Below are positions 1 through 9,859 of a stretch of 64,000 nucleotides of DNA, piece by piece. This DNA comes from a virus, in the IMG/VR virus record IMGVR_UViG_3300012036_000005, positions 1 to 64,000 of that record, one strand, 5' to 3'. Position numbers and translations under genes: made by a program. The notes beneath the pieces were generated by a model. It was not told the DNA's origin, did no database searches, and saw only the letters and a list, made by a program, of their open reading frames with translations. The number at the start of each line of letters is the position of its first letter. Position 1 is the stretch's first letter.

Positions 1-630
1 TACTAGTAGTAGAGTTGATACTAGTAGTAAGAGTAGATGACTACTAGTAGTTAGAATAGAATATTATTCACAATAAACAGATACGTTAATGAACGGTTTA
101 CCCGAGAAAGAGTGTGCTATACGAGCCGTACAGTACGGTCTTGAAGACTTCAAATCATGAAGATCTAACGAAATGGCCGCCGAAATTGAACCATATCCGA
201 CGGCTCAAAATGTAGATCTACGGTCAAATCAAATTTGAGAAGCCAATCAGGCAGGTTGGCATAGTTCAAATACTCTAAGGTGCTCTATAGGATGCTCTAA
301 AGAGGATATTCAAATACTCTAAAGAGGATATTCAAATACTCTAAGGTACTCTAAGGTGCTCTAAGGTGCTCTATAGGATGCTCTATAGGATGCTCTATAG
401 GATGCTCTAAAGAGGAGTTAATACTCCCTCTCTTACTACTAGTAGAGTAGAGTACAAAGTCTCTCTTACTACTAGTAGAGTACAGTTCCACACCGTGCTT
501 GTTTGTCTGTGTTCGGCTGTGCGTTCGGTGTGGTCCAGGTCGGCTTCTTCTACTAGTAGCGTGTGCTGTCGTCCACATGCGTAACTCGCTTTTAAGCAGG
601 CTGTGTGCTGAGCTTTGTTGTTACTAGTAG
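1..630. repeat. Non-coding repeat region: multiple (C)TACTAGTAG palindromes, 12-bp ATGCTCTATAGG tandem units, 22-bp tandem AAGAGGATATTCAAATACTCTA
   Basis: TACTAGTAG near 1, 19, 42, 438, 470, 551 and 622; tandem units at ~270-410; CTCTCTTACTACTAGTAGAGTA occurs twice (~428, ~461). Confidence 0.9.
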
Positions 631-670
631 TTAGAGACTGTTATTAACTTGTTCGCGTTGTGTGCTTGGT

Positions 671-860
671 TGTGCGCTCGTCATCGCAGCGGGGCCTGTT
701 GCTCGTTGCACACGCTACTAGCGGCATCGCGCGAGGAAGAACGAAGGTAATAGTTATTATGTGTGTTTGATCTCTACTAGAATTTTTTCTTCTTTCTAGT
801 TCTGTTTTTTATTAACTCGTCGTTGAGTTGTGTGTGTGCGCTCGTCATCGCAGCGGGGCC
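671..860 (+). repeat. 26-bp direct repeat TGTGCGCTCGTCATCGCAGCGGGGCC (671-696, 835-860)
   Basis: Exact repeat; followed by the perfect 18-bp palindrome CCGGTGTGATCACACCGG at 862-879. Confidence 0.9.
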
Positions 861-1098
861 ACCGGTGTGATCACACCGGGTTTGTTCTCGTTGGTTCTCT
901 CAAAAGCCCGGATCGAGTTGATATTGAGAACGACGAGTATCTCGATCGAGTTGAATTATGTGCTGGGGCGGCACTCTTTAGGATCTATCAGTGTTTTATT
1001 TTGATTTTTCCAGCCTGTTACTAGATAATACGAAACACCATAATCAATCTTGTTGATTCGAATAGTTGATTCTTGAATCATAATACTAACTTTTCTTT

Positions 1099-1416
1099 TT
1101 ATTTAAGTGTGCCTATCATAATTGCCTTAACTGATAACTCTATCAAAGTAAGAACCTTTGGGGTTATTACTTTAGGAAACATCATTTCGAGGTCTTTCAA
1201 TTCTAGCTCGACCGTTGAAGAAGAAGGATGATGCCCGGTAGAGTTTTCTAGGTCTATTTGAAACAACCCATTTTCTTGGTCTTTTAGGTATCTACAGTTA
1301 ACGTCATCCCTTACAAGTGTTATCCAAGTTTTAGGGATAAAACTTGAATTTGCTGAACACTTATAATAGTAAATATTATAAATGGTTTTGTCAATGCAAA
1401 TAGTTGGTAAACTCAT
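1099..1416 (-). CDS. Hypothetical protein (small-ORF array, C-terminal LTLIELS)
   Basis: ORF in tightly packed minus-strand array. Confidence 0.6.
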   Translation of the reverse strand: MSLPTICIDKTIYNIYYYKCSANSSFIPKTWITLVRDDVNCRYLKDQENGLFQIDLENSTGHHPSSSTVELELKDLEMMFPKVITPKVLTLIELSVKAIMIGTLK

Positions 1417-1423
1417 TAGTCTC

Positions 1424-1720
1424 TCAATCTAATAAAGGTTCAACCAAATAACATGGTTGTCCGGTCGATCTTAATAAAGTTAAATTCTTTTCAGGCCGAG
1501 GGTCTTCTTTAAATTTAAGATGAAAAAACCAATTAAAATTAGGTACCACTAATCTCTGCCACGTTTCTTTTCTTAGAACATATCTTTCATTTAACATAAA
1601 TCTATATGCCTCTGCTGGACTTACTTGATATAAAAAGAAATCAATATATAATAAGTCTGCTGAATGTTTGTATGAAACTTCTTTTAATATAACAAAATCA
1701 GGCATAATTGGTTTTTCCAT
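1424..1720 (-). CDS. Hypothetical protein (small-ORF array, LTLLRS)
   Basis: ORF in packed array. Confidence 0.6.
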   Translation of the reverse strand: MEKPIMPDFVILKEVSYKHSADLLYIDFFLYQVSPAEAYRFMLNERYVLRKETWQRLVVPNFNWFFHLKFKEDPRPEKNLTLLRSTGQPCYLVEPLLD

Positions 1721-1741
1721 CTTAAAACCTATTCAGTTTTT

Positions 1742-2005
1742 TCAAATACGCGGCGCGCGAGGATTTCCTGACAAACGAATTAAAGTTAATTGAGATTCCG
1801 AAAGTATCTCATCGAGTTTTAGTCCGTTGATATCTAGTGTTGTACGGATAAAATGAAAATTTCTATCAATTCGCTGATGATAATGCACAGCGCTTAACCA
1901 AGTTTGAAAATTGGTATTTCTATTCTTAAAAACATCAACGAGAATTGATCTAGGATTATCTTTTAAATCGTGTAATTCTACACAAACGGGATGAGTAAGT
2001 CTCAT
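1742..2005 (-). CDS. Hypothetical protein (small-ORF array, LTLIRLS)
   Basis: ORF in packed array. Confidence 0.6.
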   Translation of the reverse strand: MRLTHPVCVELHDLKDNPRSILVDVFKNRNTNFQTWLSAVHYHQRIDRNFHFIRTTLDINGLKLDEILSESQLTLIRLSGNPRAPRI

Positions 2006-2011
2006 TTGAGT

Positions 2012-2263
2012 TTACCTATTATTGCGTGTCAATAACAACAGTGTGTGCATCTTTGCACCGATCGTATCTTCAAATCCTAGATCATCACTTGTACCAGATA
2101 AATATCCACCGTGAATAGAATAGGAATCTGTTAGCTTTAACGAGTTATCTGATTGAATATCATAAAAGGCAAATGCTTCTTTTTTTATTAGAGTAACCAT
2201 TTGACTATTATCACCTCCAAAGCGATCGGTCATCCTCGATCCGTTAAACGATCCTTCTATCAT
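2012..2263 (-). CDS. Hypothetical protein (small-ORF array, HTLLLLT)
   Basis: ORF with start overlapping the upstream stop. Confidence 0.6.
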   Translation of the reverse strand: MIEGSFNGSRMTDRFGGDNSQMVTLIKKEAFAFYDIQSDNSLKLTDSYSIHGGYLSGTSDDLGFEDTIGAKMHTLLLLTRNNR

Positions 2264-2562
2264 TTATTAATCTTCCTTTTAGCAACTAAACTAATAATGA
2301 GCCAATCAACCGATTTAATTTTATCCGGAGAATTATATTTTAAACATGGATAAAGTTTTGGTTGAGATACTCGAGAACCGTCGGGCAATTCCTGGTAGTG
2401 ATCAACCCATTTTGTCATCATTTTTTGAGCCCTTGTCGTGTATTCAAGTTGTTTAACTCGAAAAGGATCGTCATCACTTCCTGAATACTCTATCAAGTAT
2501 TGATCGTGTTCTTTCATCTTTGTTTGCCTCTGTTGCCCAAGCGAGTTCAACTCGAAAATCAA
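2260..2562 (-). CDS. Hypothetical protein
   Basis: ORF in packed array, AGGA upstream. Confidence 0.55.
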   Translation of the reverse strand: MIFELNSLGQQRQTKMKEHDQYLIEYSGSDDDPFRVKQLEYTTRAQKMMTKWVDHYQELPDGSRVSQPKLYPCLKYNSPDKIKSVDWLIISLVAKRKINK

Positions 2563-2578
2563 ATCTTCCTAGTTCAGA

Positions 2579-2776
2579 TCAAATCATTATTAAAAAGGAT
2601 TCAGTTTGTCTTTTTGCATTCTTTATGACAAGGTAGGTTCGATCATCGTCGTCTTCAAAACGAGAATATATTCCGTATAGTTGCATATAAGAAATTGGAA
2701 ATTCATCAAGTCTTATATATTCCGGATCAGACCGACCTTTTTTTAAGTTTTTAATTCGGAACTCTAATTTTTTCAT
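2579..2776 (-). CDS. Hypothetical protein
   Basis: ORF abutting upstream stop. Confidence 0.55.
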   Translation of the reverse strand: MKKLEFRIKNLKKGRSDPEYIRLDEFPISYMQLYGIYSRFEDDDDRTYLVIKNAKRQTESFLIMI

Positions 2777-2777
2777 T

Positions 2778-2969
2778 TCACTTCACAACAATACCCGATT
2801 GGTTATTTGGATCAACAATACCGATTGCTTCTTTCATCCCCTCGTTAAAACCTCGGTCATATCCTCTATCATAAGCTCTATATTGAATGACAAATAGTAT
2901 AGATCCAAGGATAAAGAATATAATTCCTAATGCTGCAACAAAAGAAAGAGTTGGATATCGCTCAATCAT
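2778..2969 (-). CDS. Small membrane protein
   Basis: N-terminal hydrophobic segment followed by YDRGYDRGFNEG. Confidence 0.6.
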   Translation of the reverse strand: MIERYPTLSFVAALGIIFFILGSILFVIQYRAYDRGYDRGFNEGMKEAIGIVDPNNQSGIVVK

Positions 2970-3270
2970 TATACATTGGTCCTTTTAATGAAGGTGGACA
3001 TATTCCCATCTTTAACAAGAGTTTGTTGTTGTCTGACAAAGATTCAAATTTTTCTTTTAATTCATACCAATTACCCAATTTACTTTTAAAAACTTCTACT
3101 ACTTTGAATTTATCTTTTTCTGTTCTTAGAACCCAGTCTGCAGAAGAAATTAGTCTAATTGAATGTTGATTGAATAATGGTGTATGAACTAAGTTGCTAT
3201 CTTTATAGAAATCAACTACTACAATTTGAGGATTATTATGAGGAATATATAACCAATTAGTATACCACAT
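2962..3270 (-). CDS. Hypothetical protein (true start MWYTNW at 3270)
   Basis: Track ORF 2962..3540 is a chimera of the Thg1 tail and this gene; ATG at 3270 follows the reconstructed Thg1 stop at 3272-3274. Confidence 0.6.
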   Translation of the reverse strand: MWYTNWLYIPHNNPQIVVVDFYKDSNLVHTPLFNQHSIRLISSADWVLRTEKDKFKVVEVFKSKLGNWYELKEKFESLSDNNKLLLKMGICPPSLKGPMYND

Positions 3271-3271
3271 A

Positions 3272-4076
3272 TTATTCGCTTTCTCGGACAACTGGATCTT
3301 CTTGATAAAAGATAACACCAACACGATCGGTAACCGAACTAAACTTTGGCATCCAAAAAGTTGATCTACCATAGATCGAGTTACTGGACCAACTGGTCTG
3401 TTTTCTTCTGGAATACGAGCAAGTATCTCATCAGATAAGGTAACTTCACTCGTGCGTCGTTGTACAAACGTACCTCTCTTAAAGCAAGAAGGATAATCAT
3501 TAAAGTTAATTCCGGCTTCTTGAAAGAGTCGTTCTTGCATTTGTTTTCTGACAATCCCTCGAGGCTATTATGAGAAAAGCGATGTTGAGCGGCCATGCTG
3601 ACAGCATTCTTTGTGGCATCCTGTTCTCGCCACAGAACTGCGCGTGCAGCTTCTGTGAGATTAGGTACATTGAAAACACGAGCATCAAAGCGAGCAGGAC
3701 CATACCCATCGTGAGCAGGAAGGAATAGATCTTTCTTGTGGTTGAAAAAAGCAGCGGCTATCGATGCCAAGATCGAAACCATCTTCTGTTCTTTCCCGTC
3801 TAGATACAATTGACTCTTGTAATCTTCAGCATAGAATACTAGAGTGATTTCATCTGATTGAGTATAACCAATTCGAGCATGAGTTTCCTTAACAAGTTCT
3901 CGTGTAACTTCAATCATAAGCTGATTAAAGGAAAAGTCATAAGGGCGATCCAACCCCTTGGTCCATTTACTCGAGCGTTTACCATCAATTCGAGCAATGA
4001 CAGGAAGGAGAGGAATAAATCGATCACTACTCTCGTAACCTTTCATTCGATCGCCAAAATTATCATAATTGGGCAT
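3272..4076 (-). pseudogene. tRNA(His) guanylyltransferase Thg1-like gene with two frameshifts
   Basis: Motifs RMKGYE, ARIDGK, YTQSDEI, FDARVF, WREQDA; continuation MQERLFQEAGINFNDYP..KRG lies in another frame (shift ~3548); a plausible tail MPKFSSVTDRVGVIF lies in a third frame (shift at T-run ~3355-3359). Confidence 0.85.
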
Positions 4077-4090
4077 TTCTTGTTCCTTTC

Positions 4091-4657
4091 TTATACAAAA
4101 TTACCAGATTCCTGTTCACTGATAAGATCCTGTGCCTCTTTGAGAATACCACTATAAATTTTAGCGTCATCATCACTAAAACATACAAACCTTACATTTG
4201 GAATTCCCTCAATACCAACATAAGACATAATGGTACCAATTGCAACCCTTGCTCCGATCTCCATTGGAACTCCATAGACCCCACAACTAATAGCTGGCAG
4301 ACCAACTGACTTAACTTTTTTATCTAGAGCAACTTCCATAATTCGAGAATATGTCTGCATTAAGATTGTAGAACACAACTCCATATCATTTACAATTCGA
4401 TAGTCAGGACCAACTGCATGAATAATATTCTCAATTCCGTTATCGAGAAGACTACCAAATGCAGGTGTCATCACAGCATCTCCTGTGTGACAACCATGAG
4501 GATGATTTGAAAAGATATGTTCGTCTAGTTCAGGACCTGTTGCCTTAAAAATAGCACCACAAACACCAGAGCCTCGTCCCAATCCTGGATTAGCAGCATT
4601 GACAATGCAATCGGCATCTGTTAGAGTAATGTCTCCTACTTCAATAAAGACTTTCAC
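4091..4657 (-). CDS. Macrodomain protein (ADP-ribose binding/hydrolase, YmdB-like)
   Basis: GDIT, IVNAAN, G.GV.GAI, IIHAVGP, PAISCGVYG motifs. Confidence 0.95.
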   Translation of the reverse strand: MKVFIEVGDITLTDADCIVNAANPGLGRGSGVCGAIFKATGPELDEHIFSNHPHGCHTGDAVMTPAFGSLLDNGIENIIHAVGPDYRIVNDMELCSTILMQTYSRIMEVALDKKVKSVGLPAISCGVYGVPMEIGARVAIGTIMSYVGIEGIPNVRFVCFSDDDAKIYSGILKEAQDLISEQESGNFV

Positions 4658-4718
4658 ATTTTAACTCCATTGTTTGTGTTTTGTTACTTTAATATTATAG
4701 CAATTAATTTTGGTAAAG

Positions 4719-5531
4719 TCAAGTAGGTATTCCTGATGTGTTAATCTCAGGACGAGGCGAAAAAGGTGTGTAGATTATGCGAGGACCGCTTTCCTCGCCA
4801 AATACACCAATTGCTTGTTTATTACACCATACTGAATTATTATCTAAATTATATCGGTTTTTACTTTCGTACGCAAGTCCTCCTTTTGTAGGAGTATGAC
4901 CGTGTACAATAATTCTCTTCTTACCATCTAACGCTACATATTCACCAGTATACTCATTAACTGGCCTTGCCCAAGAATAAACATGTCCACCTTGACGATT
5001 AGGATCATCAACAGGCGCATCAAGTCTTACTCCGCCATGAACAAAAAAGTATTCACCATTGTCATGATAGTATGGAAGACCTAACATAAAATCAATGTGT
5101 CGTTGTGGAATAGAATTAATGATAGTTCTCCAATTCCAACTATCTGAATCTAATTCATGATCAAAATTTTCTGATTTTATTAAAGGATTATTACCATATG
5201 ATTTCACAGCAGTAATACCACCGTTCTCTAACCACATACGACGCCAAGAAGCTTTTTCCGTACTAGGATGCCAAACAGCTCCTAATCCTGCTAACATGAT
5301 ATCTTCATGGTTACCGCGTATATGAATTTCTTTAAAATCTTTTAACGGATTAGAAATCAATTCTTCTAACACTTGAGCAGACTCGGGACCTCTATCCACA
5401 TAATCACCTAAATAGACTATAGTAGAATCGGTGTATTCGTTTTTATTTGCATCTTGTTTAATAACATATCTTGCTGAACGAAGTAAATCAAGCCTACCAT
5501 GGATATCGCCTATACAATAATACATATTCAT
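4719..5531 (-). CDS. Ser/Thr protein phosphatase (PPP metallophosphoesterase)
   Basis: GDIHG, LGDYVDRG, RGNHE, FVHGG, HGHTP; likely start MNMYY. Confidence 0.95.
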   Translation of the reverse strand: MNMYYCIGDIHGRLDLLRSARYVIKQDANKNEYTDSTIVYLGDYVDRGPESAQVLEELISNPLKDFKEIHIRGNHEDIMLAGLGAVWHPSTEKASWRRMWLENGGITAVKSYGNNPLIKSENFDHELDSDSWNWRTIINSIPQRHIDFMLGLPYYHDNGEYFFVHGGVRLDAPVDDPNRQGGHVYSWARPVNEYTGEYVALDGKKRIIVHGHTPTKGGLAYESKNRYNLDNNSVWCNKQAIGVFGEESGPRIIYTPFSPRPEINTSGIPT

Positions 5532-5616
5532 CTTTCTTTCTTTCTTAAAAGTAAGAAAGGTGAACACGTTCTATGTTCACCTTTCTAAGTTTAACAAATG
5601 CACAGGTAAGTTTTAC

Positions 5617-6753
5617 TTACCAGATTTCGTCAAGCTTACTGAGTGTTCTAGCGGTTGTAGTTTCCCATACCACTAAATTATGTCCATTGCTACTAACAAC
5701 AGACTTGATGTCTCCATCTTCACATGCATCTATAACAGTTACAATGTCAACTCCAACATGATCAGCAACAGTTCTCTTGTAAAGATTGTCACCTACCAAG
5801 AACTTATTATCAATCATAACCATAACACCGCCACTGAATTCATACTTACGTGAGACAGGAACAGTTTTAGTGGCTACTGGATTAACAGGAGGAGTAGTAA
5901 AGTATCCATAACAGTCACGCCAGCGACCATTTGAATCCAACTTCTTACCTTCGTCAGAAGCTGGCTTAGGAGCCGCAACGCCTGTCTTTACCATAGAAGC
6001 ATCTGCTACTGATTGACCCCAACGATGAGTAGTAGTTGGCTTGTTATTAAACTCTCCAACAACATCATATGCACATGCACGACCCTTGGAGTTGTTGTAA
6101 TCTGTAGGAATTGACACAACATCTCTTGGGTTAATCTTCAAGATTACAACACGTCCATGACTTGCGTAAGAACCTAAATAACCTTGAGAACAGAAATGCA
6201 AACCATATGAACATGTGCGATCGGCATCTTCATCAACCTGGTTACGTTGTATGCTAACATGAACACCAATTGAATTGTCAGTCTTACCATCGTAGTGTGA
6301 CTTATAATCATCTCGAACCATCTTATAAGCTAGGAAACAGCCATCATCTGTAATTGGAAGATCAGTTGCTTCTAAGAAGCCATATAGTTCATTCACTGCA
6401 CGCCTTGATGGATTCTGATACAAGTTTTCAACAAACTTGAACATTGGAGACATATCAAAGCCTTCTTTATGCATTTGAACCGCACGATCACCAAGAACGC
6501 CATTAACCGGACGATCACCAAAATACAACAAACCGTGTTGAATCTTAACTGAGCCTGCGACAGAACTAAATCGTGCAGCCATTTCGCCTGCAAGATCAAG
6601 TAGCTTCTGTGCTTCATCATAATTACGAACCTTAATAGCTTCGCGAATTTCGTCGTAATTACGATGTGATAGTGCCGTAATACTTACTGTGTTGCCATCG
6701 GACGTTACAACTGTAATCGCCTGTGGTGCAACGGTAGCTGCTAGAATTCCCAT
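5617..6753 (-). CDS. rIIB: rIIB-like protein
   Basis: NPS..AV.ELY.FL, ITDDG.FLAYK.V, CS.GLH, P.DVVSIP.DYN..KGR.C.Y; directly downstream of rIIA. Confidence 0.9.
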   Translation of the reverse strand: MGILAATVAPQAITVVTSDGNTVSITALSHRNYDEIREAIKVRNYDEAQKLLDLAGEMAARFSSVAGSVKIQHGLLYFGDRPVNGVLGDRAVQMHKEGFDMSPMFKFVENLYQNPSRRAVNELYGFLEATDLPITDDGCFLAYKMVRDDYKSHYDGKTDNSIGVHVSIQRNQVDEDADRTCSYGLHFCSQGYLGSYASHGRVVILKINPRDVVSIPTDYNNSKGRACAYDVVGEFNNKPTTTHRWGQSVADASMVKTGVAAPKPASDEGKKLDSNGRWRDCYGYFTTPPVNPVATKTVPVSRKYEFSGGVMVMIDNKFLVGDNLYKRTVADHVGVDIVTVIDACEDGDIKSVVSSNGHNLVVWETTTARTLSKLDEIW

Positions 6754-6804
6754 TTAAATCTCCTTTTGGGTTGCGCCTAAATTTGCCTAATTAATATAGT
6801 ATTC

Positions 6805-6835
6805 TTACTATAGCAGATGTTAGAGGTTTTGTCAA
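6805..6835 (-). promoter_or_regulatory. sigma70-type promoter TTGACA-N17-TATAGT for rIIB, -35 embedded in a 13-bp inverted repeat
   Basis: Minus strand reads TTGACAaaacctctaacatctgcTATAGT. Confidence 0.75.
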
Positions 6836-6854
6836 CCTCTAACATCGATTTTAT

Positions 6855-9017
6855 TTAAGATTTATCAACTAAGTTGACATATTCTCGCAAATCCTTCTCT
6901 TCTTGTGGAGAAAGATTTCCGTATGTGTTTATGTATTTGATCATAGGATAAGTGTCAATTAACGTTTGCCAATTAGCTTTAATTTTAGAAGGATCTCCCT
7001 TGATTCCACTAAGCTCAATTTTAAAGATCTTAGCACCTTCTCTAAATTCATTCAACCACTGTTCATCAGTATTTTCGTTGCTAAATGAATCAAAAAATTC
7101 AGTTACTGCCTTCCCACCTATTTTCTTTTTATTTAAGAAAGAAAATGGTCGAATAGTTTGTGGAAAGTTATATCCTTGTGTTTGACGGAAGGCATGTGCA
7201 TCTGCAGCGATCTTCATTTCATTTAACAAAGCTGTTTTATTAAGATCGATGTATTTCTTAACTTCGTCTACAAGATCCTTTCTGTTTGGAGCATTCTTAG
7301 AAACTCGTTTTCGTAAATTTCTAGGCACTCCATATACTTTGTCGCTGCTTTTGATTACTTTTAACGCAAGAGCAATACGATAGATAATACTTGGACAGCA
7401 ATTCTTGTAGTTAAATGCTTTGTTATACGAATCGTAATAATCAATATCACTTTGAAAAACATCAATTGTATATTCTACATCCTTTAATTCTACAGTTGAA
7501 GACGCTGACCATCTGTCTCGTTTCGTATGTGTGTTATTAGTAAAGTACGTCAAATCTGCAATAGTTTGATCAACTATTGGTCGACTTCCTCCACTAGCAA
7601 TATTCTTTGGAGGTTTTGGAAAAGAACTAGCAAGTAAGAAAGGTTTCTTACCGTAACCTATAAGCTCAATAAACTCCTTCAAAGTAGCAGCAGTATAATT
7701 TCTAATCATAAAATAACGATCACCCGGTTGTGCATTATTTTCAACATAATGTTTGAAACGACTCGGACCATCTACTTTAGCATCATCTAGTACAAAATAA
7801 TAAGTCTTGTGTGGAGCAACTCGAAGGTCTCGACGATTAAAATTTGGTTTATAATTTCTTACAACTCGAGAATTAGTATAGTCTCCTTGATTATAAGCCA
7901 TTACATGGAAATCAACACTTGTTTCAACGTAAACTGAAGAAGTGTTAACGTCCTTGCCCTTCCATTTAGGACTGACCAAACCGTAATTTATCAACCTATT
8001 TACACCATCTTTATTTTGATTTATTTCGTTTAGTGCAACTGCGGCATCCCACATGTTTTCATATTTTAGAAATTGTTCATTTATAACTTCTGTTATCTCT
8101 TTTAGAGCTCGTTCAAATGCATCAATTATATTCTTAGAAGTGCGAGCATCGTAACCAAGATCTTCTCGACTAGCACTAACTTCAAGTTCACCTATTTCAA
8201 AATCAAGCTCAAGACCAAGGGAGTTGTATATTCGACGTTTTTCATGACTAACACCTTGTAGATTATCTGTACGAATAGGATAAGCCACTGTTCCTTGTAT
8301 TGCGTACGAAGTGTTATCATTGTAATGACTTTGAGAAGATTTTATCATACGCCAACCGTCACTAATATGACTATATTCAACCTTCTTAATCTCAAAATCC
8401 GATACACCAACTACCTTTGGTACAATTGGATAACGCTTGAAGACTTCTTCAGCCTTTCTTTGAAAGTCTCGAAAATCTTCTTGTTTTGCTGCAATTTTAA
8501 TTTCCATACCGTTATGTTCTTTAGTATGAAAAGGACTACCATCAACAAGACCAACAGTAGGAACACCATCGTCTCCGATGTCAATCATATAGATACGCTT
8601 TTCACCATTTACAATAGAAGTAACAGTAAATGCATCGGTATAACTAAAAGGGGACTTGGAACCAAGTCCCATGGCACCTGTAAATTCATTAGACGAGTCT
8701 TTTGTACTGTCAAAATAAGTAGAATACAATCCCATTACTTGTTCATGTTCTAGACCAGTACCGTAGTCACGAATAGAATACCAAGGTTCAATTGAATTAG
8801 GTAAATGAACTATAAATGGCTTTGATGTTGTACCAGCGGCAACATGGGCGTCCCATGCGTTAGAACCAAGTTCTCGAATCACAGCTTTTACCTTGTCAGA
8901 ATACAAACCATCTGACAAGATTCGAAATGCTTGTGCGCTTGCCTTAATTTTAAATCCACGACTTTCGCCTATTCCACTACGACTAATTTCAGTTTTTGTA
9001 CTTTGAATTTTCATCAT
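6855..9017 (-). CDS. rIIA: rIIA-like protein (GHKL ATPase N-terminus)
   Basis: LYSD...IREL..NA.DAH, IRDYGTGL, STK, G.MGLGSKSPF.Y; paired with rIIB. Confidence 0.9.
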   Translation of the reverse strand: MMKIQSTKTEISRSGIGESRGFKIKASAQAFRILSDGLYSDKVKAVIRELGSNAWDAHVAAGTTSKPFIVHLPNSIEPWYSIRDYGTGLEHEQVMGLYSTYFDSTKDSSNEFTGAMGLGSKSPFSYTDAFTVTSIVNGEKRIYMIDIGDDGVPTVGLVDGSPFHTKEHNGMEIKIAAKQEDFRDFQRKAEEVFKRYPIVPKVVGVSDFEIKKVEYSHISDGWRMIKSSQSHYNDNTSYAIQGTVAYPIRTDNLQGVSHEKRRIYNSLGLELDFEIGELEVSASREDLGYDARTSKNIIDAFERALKEITEVINEQFLKYENMWDAAVALNEINQNKDGVNRLINYGLVSPKWKGKDVNTSSVYVETSVDFHVMAYNQGDYTNSRVVRNYKPNFNRRDLRVAPHKTYYFVLDDAKVDGPSRFKHYVENNAQPGDRYFMIRNYTAATLKEFIELIGYGKKPFLLASSFPKPPKNIASGGSRPIVDQTIADLTYFTNNTHTKRDRWSASSTVELKDVEYTIDVFQSDIDYYDSYNKAFNYKNCCPSIIYRIALALKVIKSSDKVYGVPRNLRKRVSKNAPNRKDLVDEVKKYIDLNKTALLNEMKIAADAHAFRQTQGYNFPQTIRPFSFLNKKKIGGKAVTEFFDSFSNENTDEQWLNEFREGAKIFKIELSGIKGDPSKIKANWQTLIDTYPMIKYINTYGNLSPQEEKDLREYVNLVDKS

Positions 9018-9082
9018 TTATCCTTATGTGATTGTTTTAACACTATTTTAGTGTAAACGCATCTTCTAATAAAGTCAAATAT

Positions 9083-9517
9083 TTAAACGAGCATATATCC
9101 TGAGTCAACAAGATCTACTCTTAGTCTGTTAAGTCCGTCTCTGGTTAAATGTGGAAGTTTGACCCTGTTTGTTGAACTCGAAATTGCCTCAACAAGAATC
9201 TTTGCTTCTGACAACCTAAAACCAGTAGCAGCTCGAATAGATTTAATTGCTTGAATCTTTCGAGTTTCAATGGCGTTTGGATCAAATGAAAGATATCTCT
9301 CACCACCATTACCTTGCATCAGTTCAGCAGTTATTCTTATTGGAAGATTCGGATGAATAACACACATTATATCATTTAGCAATTGATCAGCTTGTTCTGA
9401 ATCTAGCAGTTCTCTAGCTAAATCTTCACCAAGTGCTATAAACATAGAAATTATATTATTTGGTATGTCACTTGAAGATTCCCAAATTAATGATTTTTTA
9501 TCTGTTGTATCCGTCAT
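9083..9517 (-). CDS. Protein with ribosomal protein L7/L12 C-terminal-like domain
   Basis: KIQAIKSIRAATGFRLSEAKILVE resembles KI.VIK.VR..TGLGL.EAK.LVE. Confidence 0.75.
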   Translation of the reverse strand: MTDTTDKKSLIWESSSDIPNNIISMFIALGEDLARELLDSEQADQLLNDIMCVIHPNLPIRITAELMQGNGGERYLSFDPNAIETRKIQAIKSIRAATGFRLSEAKILVEAISSSTNRVKLPHLTRDGLNRLRVDLVDSGYMLV

Positions 9518-9538
9518 ATTATTAATTTCCTATAATTT

Positions 9539-9859
9539 TTACTTTGTTTCGTCTAATTCTTTAGATAAGCGATCCTTATCTGCTTTCTTATGAAGGTCCC
9601 ACCAATCAGCTACTTTTCAAGATGTTGGATTACGTCCATTATAAACAATTTTTCCAAGTTGTTCTCTGTTTAGGTTTTTAATCATTTCACAAAGAGAATT
9701 AGTGTAATCAATCTTAGCATAGTAATCTTTTGAGGTATCAATTACCTCGTCTTCTGGAGTAAAACCTAACCTTTCAGTAACAAAAATTAAATAACTAGCA
9801 GTTTCTTGATAATATTTCTCTTTGTTAGTTTGATTTAAATGATCTGAATTACAAGGCAT
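9539..9859 (-). pseudogene. Phage hypothetical gene interrupted by an in-frame TGA at 9617-9619
   Basis: Frame continues for 25 codons after the TGA (KVADWWDLHKKADKDR...) to TAA at 9539, filling the gap to the next gene. Confidence 0.6.

Noticed and set aside
270-480. Possible CRISPR array
   Set aside because: Repeats are tandem, without unique ~30-40-nt spacers; no cas operon in the window
351-578. ORF with HPIE repeats
   Set aside because: Translation of 12-bp tandem DNA repeats; no RBS; lies in the non-coding repeat region
2962-3540. 192-aa ORF as a single gene
   Set aside because: Chimera of the frameshifted Thg1 tail and the downstream gene starting at 3270
9617-9619. Genome-wide TGA recoding
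   Set aside because: Many genes end at TGA with ATGA coupling and coding density under the standard code is high
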